Shown here piece by piece: positions 1 through 8,129 of a stretch of DNA of 32,008 nucleotides (its first letter is position 1; each line of letters begins with the position of its first letter). The translations under genes were made by a program, and so were the position numbers. A model generated the notes under the pieces. That model searched no databases and was not told the DNA's origin. It saw only the letters and a list, made by a program, of their open reading frames with translations. Source of the stretch: Aquificaceae bacterium (GTDB taxonomy: Bacteria > Aquificota > Aquificia > Aquificales > Aquificaceae); NCBI GenBank assembly GCA_037926525.1, contig JAXSOX010000001.1, forward strand, positions 1 to 32,008. Direction: 5' to 3'.

Positions 1-1643
1 CTCTCTATCTCCTGCACCTCTGGCGGTAGGGAGACCGCCATGAGCTTTTTGCGGGCGGAGGCTTGGTCAAGGGCATCTATTGCCTTGTCAGGCAGTTTTC
101 TAAAGGTCACATACCGCCTTGTGAGCTTAACAGCCGCCTCAAGGGCTTCGTCAGATATTTTCACCTTGTGGTGTTTTTCCAGCTTGGGCTTTAGACCCTT
201 CAGTATTTCAAGGGCTTCCTCCTCTGTAGGCTCGTCCACGTAGATTGGTTGGAAGCGCCTCTCTAAGGCTGGGTCCTTTTCTATGTATTTGCGATATTCG
301 TCCACCGTGGTTGCACCTATAACCCTTATTTCACCTCTTGCCAGAGGAGGCTTTAGCATGTTGCCAGCGTCTACCGCACCCTCCGCTTTGCCAGCACCCA
401 CCACGGTGTGAATTTCATCTATAAAGAGTATTACGTTGCCCTTTTGCTTTACCTCTTCCAAAAGGCTTTTAAAACGCTCCTCAAACTCTCCCCTGTATTT
501 AGAACCTGCTATAATAGAACCCATATCCACGGATATAATCGCCTTGTCTTGAAGCTCTACAGGCACCTCCTTGTTAACTATCCTTTGTGCCAGACCTTCC
601 ACTATGGCAGTCTTTCCAACGCCGGGGTCTCCCACAAGCACAGGATTGTTTTTTGTCCTTCTGAGTAGTACCTCTATAAGCTGGTTTATCTCCCGCTCTC
701 TTCCTATAACTGGGTCCAGCTTGCCCTCCCTCGCCATCTGTGTGAGGTCTACACCAAACCTCTCAAGGGCGGACTTTTCTTCTTCCCTTAGCTCTTGTGC
801 CACATCCTTCATCCTTTCACCTCCTGTTATATCTTCTAAAATCTTACCAGCAATAGTATCCTTTGCTTCCAAAAGGCTCGCCACTATATGATAGGGCTCC
901 ACCTGAGAAAGACCCTCAGAGACCGCTTTGTCTTGAGCCTTTTCAAGAACCCTTATGAGGTTCTGAGAGTAGTCAAAGGCAGGCTCTTTGCCAAAGACAA
1001 TCTTTCCTACTGCGTCTATGACCCTCTCTGGCGAAAGCCCAAGCTCCTTTACCTGCTCCACAAGGCTTGAGCTCTCAAGAGCCTTCCTAATAAGCCCGTC
1101 AATGCTGAGCCTGTTTTCCAGGAATGCCTTCACATCCTCAGACCTAAAGACCGCAGAGAGGCTCTTCTCTACGCCTTCCAGCTGGCTTCTGTGTTGGCTT
1201 TCAAGCCTTTCAAGTCGGGCAAGCTCCACTTGTAGCTCCTGAAGGCTCCAGTAGTCGCCATACCTCCTCGCTTTCTCCAGTTCTGCCCTTATTCTCTCTT
1301 TTGCCCTCCTGACCTTTTCCAGCTCTATTTGCACCTGTCCTATGTCGGACTTTACCTGCATTATCTTGCTTCTGAGGTCAATAAGGTGTTGGGCTTCCTG
1401 CTGGACCGCCTTGCCTATCTGGGAGGAGAGCTTTTCAAGGTATTCAGAGACCTTTTTGTAGAGACCCCTTGTGTCTACACCCCTTTTTTCAAGATACTTC
1501 GCCAGTGCGGATTTTTCATCCACGAGAAGGGCAAGGAGTAGGTGATCTGTGTCCACTTTGCTGTCCCCGGCTTTCCTTGCAAGCTCCTTTGCCCTGTTTA
1601 TGTATTCAAGGGTTTTTGCAGAAAGCAGGTTCTCACTAAACAT
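1..1643 (-). CDS. clpB: ATP-dependent Clp/Hsp100 chaperone, ClpB-like (5' part; runs off the left edge, absent from the ORF track)
   Basis: Manual translation from ATG at 1643 (SD AGGAGG at 1650-1655): MFSENLLS...[10 protein letters not shown] (Clp N repeat)...[20 protein letters not shown]...[18 protein letters not shown] (Walker A)...LFIDEIH (Walker B)...IGATT...DPALERRFQ...[11 protein letters not shown]. ClpB versus ClpC cannot be fully settled without the M-domain. Confidence 0.88.
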   Translation of the reverse strand, partial: MFSENLLSAKTLEYINRAKELARKAGDSKVDTDHLLLALLVDEKSALAKYLEKRGVDTRGLYKKVSEYLEKLSSQIGKAVQQEAQHLIDLRSKIMQVKSDIGQVQIELEKVRRAKERIRAELEKARRYGDYWSLQELQVELARLERLESQHRSQLEGVEKSLSAVFRSEDVKAFLENRLSIDGLIRKALESSSLVEQVKELGLSPERVIDAVGKIVFGKEPAFDYSQNLIRVLEKAQDKAVSEGLSQVEPYHIVASLLEAKDTIAGKILEDITGGERMKDVAQELREEEKSALERFGVDLTQMAREGKLDPVIGREREINQLIEVLLRRTKNNPVLVGDPGVGKTAIVEGLAQRIVNKEVPVELQDKAIISVDMGSIIAGSKYRGEFEERFKSLLEEVKQKGNVILFIDEIHTVVGAGKAEGAVDAGNMLKPPLARGEIRVIGATTVDEYRKYIEKDPALERRFQPIYVDEPTEEEALEILKGLKPKLEKHHKVKISDEALEAAVKLTRRYVTFRKLPDKAIDALDQASARKKLMAVSLPPEVQEIE

Positions 1644-1675
1644 TCCAAGCCTCCTGTAAATTTATAATGACTTTT

Positions 1676-1703
1676 ATAATATGCTTTAGTAGATTGTTGT
1701 CAA
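1676..1703 (-). promoter_or_regulatory. putative sigma70-type promoter for clpB
   Basis: Minus strand TTGACA (1703-1698), 16 nt, TATTAT (1681-1676), upstream of the SD at 1650-1655. Confidence 0.45.
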
Positions 1704-2836
1704 GTTTTTGGTGGAGGGAAGAAAGCAAGTGGTAGAATTCTAAGGCTGTAGTATATGTTCACAAGCAGGAAGAGTGCGTAAAATATTGAAGAAAGAGTTG
1801 GGTTGAAGTTCTCATTTAGGAGTGCCAGGACAAAGGATGGAAGCCCCGCAAAGAGGTAAAACTTGAGAACTTCGGGATTTATAAGCTCTTTGAGCGTTGG
1901 AATCTTCTCTTTTCCAATCTTTGGTGCGTATACCCTCCACCAGTAGAGGAAGGGGACTATGTGGTAAGAGGCTCCTATGGTGATAAAGAGGAGGAAACCA
2001 TAAAGCATACCATCTCTGTGCCAGCCTATAAATCCATAATTGCCACTTCCGGCGGTGGATATGCCGATGGAGAGGAAGAAAACTGCCATAAAGAGACCGA
2101 GTATAAGATAACGCACTGATGGGTCTAAGCCTTTGAGAGGGCTTTTCTTCTGAAGAAGGCTCTGGTAGACTACAAAGGCCAGTAAGAAAAAAGAGAGAAG
2201 CACAAATAGTCCAGAATAGGCTACAAGTTTCATGTTTCCCACATGCCAGCCATAAAGAAAAGGCGGGATTGAGAGGTTATGCAAGATAAGACTTATCCAC
2301 CTTGCCTTTGGATGTTTTAGTTCCTCTACCTGAAGCATGGGAACGAAGACATAGTAAGCACCTAATATTACATTAAGAAAAAACCCAGCAGTAAGCGTAT
2401 GCTTTATCATAAGAAGGTTCAAATCCATGAGCATAAAAAAGCCAGAAAGGGCAAAGTATACACCTCCAAGCAGGAAGAATACCACAGATGGATCCCTAAG
2501 GCTTTTTGTGTTTATAAGAAGAAAAGCAAGGCTAAGAAGAGCAAAAAGAAAATAGAAATATGGGGAAGATGCAGGTTTGACAAAAAAACTGAAAAGATTG
2601 GTTAAAAACAAGGCAAGGTGGATATATGTTAACCATTCCCACCTTATGGCTATACCCTGTAGGGTAGGATACATCTGGAAAAGAGTGCCCATTATAAGAA
2701 GTGGGAAAGCTATGAAGATAAGAAGCTCTGTATAGGCTTTCCCAAGGAGCTTAAAAAGGAGTGATAGGTCTATGAGGATAAGGCTGAGGAAGATGTATAT
2801 AGATGTGAGCCTTACGAAGGATGCAGGTCTTATCAT
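1700..2836 (-). CDS. polytopic membrane protein (about 11-12 TM), NnrS-like / heme-copper oxidase subunit I-fold-like, function unknown
   Basis: Very hydrophobic. Three internal repeats (IMGTLFQMYPTL, ILGAYYVFVPML, TIGASYHIVPFL) and a C-terminal IVPFLxWxxxYxxxxGKEKIPxLxEL segment that I recognise from membrane proteins encoded beside DUF2249/DUF59 genes. Confidence 0.6.
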   Translation of the reverse strand: MIRPASFVRLTSIYIFLSLILIDLSLLFKLLGKAYTELLIFIAFPLLIMGTLFQMYPTLQGIAIRWEWLTYIHLALFLTNLFSFFVKPASSPYFYFLFALLSLAFLLINTKSLRDPSVVFFLLGGVYFALSGFFMLMDLNLLMIKHTLTAGFFLNVILGAYYVFVPMLQVEELKHPKARWISLILHNLSIPPFLYGWHVGNMKLVAYSGLFVLLSFFLLAFVVYQSLLQKKSPLKGLDPSVRYLILGLFMAVFFLSIGISTAGSGNYGFIGWHRDGMLYGFLLFITIGASYHIVPFLYWWRVYAPKIGKEKIPTLKELINPEVLKFYLFAGLPSFVLALLNENFNPTLSSIFYALFLLVNIYYSLRILPLAFFPPPKT

Positions 2837-3312
2837 TTACCTACGAGCCTTCTAAGTTCTATAAGAAGTTCCTGGAACTTTTCGTCGGACATCCTTCTTA
2901 TTTTCTTGGCTTGTCCGAGGTTCACAGTATGGGGTAATATCTTCCTCAGTATAGGGTTCTTAAGGGGCGTGAAGCCATACTTTATAAGCACATCAAGGGC
3001 TTCAGGAACCCTTTTTAAAAGCTCGCCTACGTTGGTATTCTCATCTATCTCAAATTCAAGCTCTTTTGCACATTCGGTTTCTTCAAATCTTAGAGGTTGT
3101 GAGGACTTTTTCCATATTCTAAGAAGGTATCCTTCCTCTGTCTCCCTCAATTCATAGCGGTATCCCAGCTCCTCAAGCCTTGGCAGGAGATGGGTGAAGG
3201 GTCTTGAACCAAGCACCTCAAGGGTCTCTCCCTCCTTAAGCTCCTCAAGAGCCTGAGCAACCTTAATCATAGGCTGTGGTGGTTCAAGGTTTCTCACATC
3301 AAGCCTTTTCAT
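2833..3312 (-). CDS. DUF2249 (TusA/SirA-like) + DUF1858-like two-domain protein
   Basis: N-terminal LDVRNLEPPQPM...L..L..GE.L; C-terminal IDENTNVGELLK..PEALDVLIKYGF.PLKNP. ATGA overlaps with both neighbours. Confidence 0.72.
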   Translation of the reverse strand: MKRLDVRNLEPPQPMIKVAQALEELKEGETLEVLGSRPFTHLLPRLEELGYRYELRETEEGYLLRIWKKSSQPLRFEETECAKELEFEIDENTNVGELLKRVPEALDVLIKYGFTPLKNPILRKILPHTVNLGQAKKIRRMSDEKFQELLIELRRLVGK

Positions 3313-3557
3313 GGTTCAACCCCGAATAGATATCCTTCAAGCTCCACATCAGCTTTGTAGCCCAGCCCTTCAACCTTTTCCTTAACCGCCTGCAGGAGAT
3401 AGCTTCCTACAGGGCAAAAGGGGCTTGTAGGTTTTATTACAACTCTAAGCCTTCCCTGTTCAATCTCTTTCACCTCTCTTACCATGTTCATGCCAACTAT
3501 ATCCATACCCGTGTGAGGATCAATGACTTCCTTTAAGACCTTCAGCACATCTTCCAT
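3309..3557 (-). CDS. DUF59 / SufT-PaaD-like metal-sulfur cluster assembly factor
   Basis: LKEVIDPHTGMDIV..NMV and PTSPFCP motifs (DPE-x-T-x-x-x-CP family signature, here DPH). Confidence 0.82.
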   Translation of the reverse strand: MEDVLKVLKEVIDPHTGMDIVGMNMVREVKEIEQGRLRVVIKPTSPFCPVGSYLLQAVKEKVEGLGYKADVELEGYLFGVEP

Positions 3558-3559
3558 GT

Positions 3560-3970
3560 CTATCTACCCCCTATTCTGTCTCTGAAAAGCTCATGGCAGG
3601 CAATACATCCCTGAAGCATGTTGGTATAAGTCTTAAAGGCTTGGTCCCTTTTGCCTTCCCTTAAAAATTTCATGACCTCCTCCGCACCGCCGTGAACCTG
3701 CTTCTCAAAAGCTGGCATAAATCTCATAAACTCTTCCCTTTTTGATGGGTCTATGTATCGTAGGGGTCCGCCCTTTGGTACGGGGTGTTCTGCTATCTCT
3801 CTGGCACCTTCCAGAACCATGGCATCGTTACCCAAAAGAAAGCCCTGAAGCATCTTGGTGGCTGACTGGTTTACCAATTGCATAACCTGTTTGAAGTTCA
3901 GCTCACTTTCAACCTCATGAGAAAAACTCAAAGCAAACATCAGAAGTGAAAATACCGCAATCTTTCTCAT
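3560..3970 (-). CDS. periplasmic class II (four-helix) cytochrome c, cytochrome c'/c556-like
   Basis: Sec signal MRKIAVFSLLMFALSFS, helical body, single C-terminal CIACH followed by xxFR. Confidence 0.78.
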   Translation of the reverse strand: MRKIAVFSLLMFALSFSHEVESELNFKQVMQLVNQSATKMLQGFLLGNDAMVLEGAREIAEHPVPKGGPLRYIDPSKREEFMRFMPAFEKQVHGGAEEVMKFLREGKRDQAFKTYTNMLQGCIACHELFRDRIGGR

Positions 3971-3971
3971 T

Positions 3972-4460
3972 TTACAACCTCCATATCCTTATCTTCCAAA
4001 AGTCCTCTCCATAGTCCACATACTCCCACCCAACTTTTCCAGGAAAATTCATAGCTATCTGAAAATAGAGTGGTAAAGGGTCATGGTCGTTTACAATAAA
4101 GAAGGTCTCCGCCTCCTTGAGCTCAGAAAACCTCTCCATTACAAGAGAATGCCTTATACCATGCTCAAGGGGTCTGAGGTCTAAAGTCTCACCCTTTACA
4201 AAATTCTCCTGCCCGAGACTTATCTCGTAAAGAACCACCTTTTCCTCTGGTAGAAAACCAAATATATCAGCCCTCTCCACAAGAAAGTAATAGGGTGCTT
4301 CCGCCCTTCCAAATCTATGACCGATTATATACCTGCCAGCACCCTTTGAAAGTATGTATAGCCTTCTGTATCCAAAGGCGGAGGGCATAAGCCCCCTTTC
4401 CAGGACTCTTACTACAAGACCTTCCTTACCAACCCTTTCTTCAGTCAATACTCCGTGCAT
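3972..4460 (-). CDS. DUF2249 domain protein with a degenerate cupin-like N-terminal region
   Basis: C-terminal TLDLRPL...RH..V...F..L...E.F..VNDHDP.PLY.Q...W.Y...G...W.IRI is the DUF2249 pattern. SD AGGAGGT at 4468-4474. The cupin call is weak. Confidence 0.72.
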   Translation of the reverse strand: MHGVLTEERVGKEGLVVRVLERGLMPSAFGYRRLYILSKGAGRYIIGHRFGRAEAPYYFLVERADIFGFLPEEKVVLYEISLGQENFVKGETLDLRPLEHGIRHSLVMERFSELKEAETFFIVNDHDPLPLYFQIAMNFPGKVGWEYVDYGEDFWKIRIWRL

Positions 4461-4510
4461 TTTTTTTACCTCCTAAGGGATAAATATGTGAGAGGGGGCA
4501 AAGTATGTAA

Positions 4511-4524
4511 ATGATTACAATCAT
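4511..4524. promoter_or_regulatory. FNR/DNR-like (Crp-Fnr family) box in the divergent promoter region
   Basis: ATGAT-TACA-ATCAT is a perfect palindrome, one mismatch per half from TTGAT-N4-ATCAA. It is centred at -41.5 relative to a leftward -10 (CATATT, 4488-4483). Confidence 0.6.
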
Positions 4525-4542
4525 ATAAGTTTTTCTTATATC

Positions 4543-4571
4543 TTGACAAATTAATCTTAATCATATATTAT
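4543..4571 (+). promoter_or_regulatory. sigma70-type promoter of the nos operon
   Basis: TTGACA (4543-4548), 17 nt, TATTAT (4566-4571); SD GGAGGT before ATG 4603. Confidence 0.7.
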
Positions 4572-4602
4572 TAAATAAATAAGAATACTTCGGAGGTGTG
4601 CT

Positions 4603-5061
4603 ATGAGAAAGCTTCTCTTCATCGTCCCTCTGATGAGCCTTGTCCTTTCCTGCCAACAAAAGCCCGTAGAAAAACCTGCGGAGGCACCAGCTCAACCTGC
4701 AGAAGTAAAGAAGGAGGAAGAGCCGGCGAGCGATAAGGGTATAGGACCTATAAGGGAGGTCCAGCTTGGGCCCATAGACCAAGCCCTTGTCAAGAAGGGT
4801 AAAGAAATCTTTGATTCCAAGTGTGCATCTTGCCACAAGCTTGAAGAGAAGTATGTGGGACCACCCCTAAAGGGTGTTACAAAGAGAAGAAAACCCGAGT
4901 GGATAATGAACATGATACTAAACCCTGCGGAGATGGTTCAGAAGGACCCTGTAGCGAGGGGACATTTAGCAGAGTATCCCATACAGATGCCCTTTCAAGA
5001 TGTATCCCAAGAAGAGGCAAGAGCAATACTGGAATACCTGAGAAGCGTTGATGAAAAGTAA
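4603..5061 (+). CDS. monoheme cytochrome c lipoprotein (NosC-like putative electron donor to NosZ)
   Basis: Lipobox LVLS-C, Pro/Ala/Glu-rich linker, CASCH, GPPL, distal QMP Met; directly upstream of nosZ. Confidence 0.85.
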   Translation: MRKLLFIVPLMSLVLSCQQKPVEKPAEAPAQPAEVKKEEEPASDKGIGPIREVQLGPIDQALVKKGKEIFDSKCASCHKLEEKYVGPPLKGVTKRRKPEWIMNMILNPAEMVQKDPVARGHLAEYPIQMPFQDVSQEEARAILEYLRSVDEK

Positions 5062-5085
5062 AAAGTTTATAAAGGAGGTGTTGCC

Positions 5086-7065
5086 ATGCTGGGCAAGAAA
5101 AAGGTTCTCCTGGGAGGGCTTTCGGCCCTCGTGGTAGGTTCATTGCTGGCGGGTTGCCCGCCGAAAAAGGAAGCCTTAAAGACAAGTGCTGTGGGTACGG
5201 ATGCAGCTTCAAAGGTCTATGTCCCACCTGGTAAACATGACGAGTTTTATGTTTTCTTCTCCGGAGGCTTCAACGGTCAGGTGACCGTATACGGTATTCC
5301 GTCAGGGAGAATACTAAAGGTTATAAAGGTCTTCTCAGTTGACCCAGAAACTGGCTATGGCTTTACGCCAGAAACCAGACCTATGCTTATGACTTCACAT
5401 GGGTTCATACCTTGGGATGATACTCACCACCCATGGCTCTCTCAGACTAACGGAGAGCATGACGGAAGATGGTTGTTTATAAATGCAAACAACACACCGA
5501 GGATAGCAAGGATTGACCTAACTACCTTTGAAACAACCGAGATAATAGAAATACCAAACTCTGCAGGAAATCACCCATCACCTTACGGGACTGAGAACAC
5601 AGAGTATGTGGTGGCAGGAACAAGGTTCTCAGTTCCCGTTCCCCAAAAGGATGTTCCCATAGATTCCTATGCGCAGAACTTTAAGGGAACAATAAGCTTT
5701 ATAAAAGCCAACGAGCCCGGCAAGATGGATGTTGCCTTCCAAATACTTATGCCCGGCTTTAACTATGACCTTGCGAGGTGTGGAAGAGGTCCATCACATG
5801 GTTGGTGCTTTTTTACCTCCTACAACACAGAACAGGCTCATACACTGCTTGAGATAAATGCATCAAAGAATGACAAGGACTATATAGCGGCGATAAACTG
5901 GAAAAGAGCGGAGGAATGCCTATCTCAGGGTAGGTTTCAGGAAGTGCCCGCGGTCTACTACCACAACTACTATGATGAGAAAAAGCATATGGCTGTTTCC
6001 GAAGTCAAAAAATCTGTAAAGATGATAAACCCGAAGGACTGCCCTGGAGTTGCTTACCTTTTACCAACACCCAAGTCCCCCCATGGTGTGGATGTCTCCG
6101 ACGATGGTGAATATATCGTAGGTGGTGGGAAGCTGGCAACGGTCATACCCATACACTCTTTCTCCAAGATGCTAAAAGCCATAGAGCAGAAGGCTTTTGA
6201 GAAGGAAATAGACGGGGTTCCGGTTCTCAAATATGACGCAGTCCTGCACTGTGAGGTTGAGAAACCCTGCCTTGGACCCTTGCATACGGAGTTTGACGGA
6301 AAGGGTTTTGCCTACACCTCCTGCTTTGTTTCCTCCGAAGTAGTGAAGTATGACTACAAGGGTTGTAAGGTGGTGGATAGGGTGCCTACATACTACTCTG
6401 TGGGACACCTGCTAATACCCGGCGGAGACACCAAAAAGCCCTACGGTAAGTATCTCGTGGCCATGAACAAGATAACCAAAGACAGGCAACTTCCAGTGGG
6501 CCCAGAGCTACTTCAGTCCGCACAACTCTACGATATAAGCGGAGAAAAGATGCAGCTTATCCACGAGTTCTTCACCATAGGTGAGCCCCACTATGCTCAG
6601 GCTATCCTCGCAGATAAGATAAAGGACAAGATTAAGAAAATTTATCCGCTCGCTGAGAACGAACACCCCTATGCGGTAAAGGCTGAAAAAGACGCAAGGG
6701 TTGAAAGAAAAGGCAACGAAGTTCATGTTTACATGACCATGATAAGGTCTCACTTTGTTCCAGATAACATTGAAGGTATAAGAGTTGGGGATACGGTATA
6801 TTTCCACGTGACAAACCTTGAACAAGACTGGGACATACCTCACGGCTTTGCGGTCAAAGGTTCTGAAGAGGCGGAGATTCTTGTCATGCCCGGACAAACA
6901 AAGACCCTCGTGTGGAAGCCAAAGGCTCCAGGTGTTTATCCCTTCTACTGCACAGACTTTTGCTCAGCACTTCATCAGGAAATGCAAGGCTATGTAAGGG
7001 TTTCCCCAGCTGGCTCTAATGTGCCACTCAGATACTACACCGGCACACCAACCACACAGAAATGA
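5086..7065 (+). CDS. nosZ: nitrous oxide reductase, clade II (Sec-dependent, predicted lipoprotein)
   Basis: CuZ His motifs DTHHP, GNH, SPHG, GPLH, VGH, EPH; CuA motif HGF...CTDFCSALHQEM; no twin-arginine; lipobox LLAG-C. Confidence 0.97.
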   Translation: MLGKKKVLLGGLSALVVGSLLAGCPPKKEALKTSAVGTDAASKVYVPPGKHDEFYVFFSGGFNGQVTVYGIPSGRILKVIKVFSVDPETGYGFTPETRPMLMTSHGFIPWDDTHHPWLSQTNGEHDGRWLFINANNTPRIARIDLTTFETTEIIEIPNSAGNHPSPYGTENTEYVVAGTRFSVPVPQKDVPIDSYAQNFKGTISFIKANEPGKMDVAFQILMPGFNYDLARCGRGPSHGWCFFTSYNTEQAHTLLEINASKNDKDYIAAINWKRAEECLSQGRFQEVPAVYYHNYYDEKKHMAVSEVKKSVKMINPKDCPGVAYLLPTPKSPHGVDVSDDGEYIVGGGKLATVIPIHSFSKMLKAIEQKAFEKEIDGVPVLKYDAVLHCEVEKPCLGPLHTEFDGKGFAYTSCFVSSEVVKYDYKGCKVVDRVPTYYSVGHLLIPGGDTKKPYGKYLVAMNKITKDRQLPVGPELLQSAQLYDISGEKMQLIHEFFTIGEPHYAQAILADKIKDKIKKIYPLAENEHPYAVKAEKDARVERKGNEVHVYMTMIRSHFVPDNIEGIRVGDTVYFHVTNLEQDWDIPHGFAVKGSEEAEILVMPGQTKTLVWKPKAPGVYPFYCTDFCSALHQEMQGYVRVSPAGSNVPLRYYTGTPTTQK

Positions 7066-7076
7066 GGAGGTGAGCT

Positions 7077-7679
7077 ATGAACATACTCTCAAGAGGGCTT
7101 CTTGCCCTCGCTTCCCTTTTGCTTATCCTGACTTACTTCCTCCCTCTCTGGAGGATAGAACTTGTCGCACCTCAGTATCCTGAGGGTCTTAGGATGTTCA
7201 TATGGGTAAACAGAATTACAGGCGGGACGGAGTTCGACCTTTATAACATAAACCTCCTAAACCATTACATAGGCATGAAGCCAATAGAGCCAGAGGCCAT
7301 ACCTGAGCTTAAGATACTGCCTTTCATAATTGGCTTTCTTATAGCCTTTGGTCTTTTGTCAGCTATACTTGGAAAAAGGGTTCTGCTCTACGCCTGGGTT
7401 ATAACCTTTGTCCTGCTTGGGGTCGCTGGGCTTGCAGACTTTTACAAATGGGGATATGACTATGGACATAACCTTAACCCAAACGCCCCCATAAAGATAC
7501 CTGGTCTTGCCTATCAACCACCTCTGATAGGCACAAAACAGCTTCTCAACATGCTTGCAAGTTCTTTCCCTGATGTGGGAGGCTACATAGCGGTGGTCTC
7601 TTTGTTCTTAGGCTTTCTGGCAATCGCAATAGACCTTAGGTTTTCAGAGACTGGGAAAGCGGAGGTGAAGCCAGCATGA
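7077..7679 (+). CDS. nosB: clade II nos cluster membrane protein NosB
   Basis: PLWRI.L.APQYPEGL, IN.LNHYIGM, YGHNLNP.API, YQPPLIG.KQLLN motifs; 4 TM segments; follows nosZ. Confidence 0.85.
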   Translation: MNILSRGLLALASLLLILTYFLPLWRIELVAPQYPEGLRMFIWVNRITGGTEFDLYNINLLNHYIGMKPIEPEAIPELKILPFIIGFLIAFGLLSAILGKRVLLYAWVITFVLLGVAGLADFYKWGYDYGHNLNPNAPIKIPGLAYQPPLIGTKQLLNMLASSFPDVGGYIAVVSLFLGFLAIAIDLRFSETGKAEVKPA

Positions 7680-8128
7680 TACTCCGAGTGCTATGGGCTT
7701 TCCTCCTGCCCCTTTTTTTCTTTTCCTGCAGGGGAGAAAGACCGGAACCTATAAGGCTTGGTGAAGATGTATGTGAATACTGTAAGATGGTTATTGCTGA
7801 CGAAAGGTTTGCGGCGGAGGTGATAACGAAAAAAGGCAGGGTATATAAGTTTGATGCTATAGAGTGCATGGTTGGCTATTACAACGAGAATGAAGAAGAT
7901 ATAAAGAGGGCTTATGTAGTGAATTTTCTTAATCCAAAGGAGTTTATACCCGCAGAGGAAGCTATGTATGTAAGAAGCCCTGACATAAGAAGTCCAATGG
8001 GCATGAACCTTTCTGCCTACAGAAGCGAAACGGAAGCAAAGAAAGCGATTGAAGGGAAAAGGGGGGAAATCCTCAACTGGACTTCCCTGAGAGAGTTTAT
8101 AAAAAAGGAATATAGGTTTTCACACTAA
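7676..8128 (+). CDS. nosL: copper chaperone lipoprotein NosL
   Basis: Lipobox FFS-C, CEYCKM, FD..EC, SPMG motifs. Confidence 0.92.
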   Translation: MILRVLWAFLLPLFFFSCRGERPEPIRLGEDVCEYCKMVIADERFAAEVITKKGRVYKFDAIECMVGYYNENEEDIKRAYVVNFLNPKEFIPAEEAMYVRSPDIRSPMGMNLSAYRSETEAKKAIEGKRGEILNWTSLREFIKKEYRFSH

Positions 8129-8129
8129 C

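Noticed and set aside
40-1541. Six short plus-strand ORFs in the track
   Set aside because: They are antisense shadows of clpB, which the track missed because it runs off the window edge.
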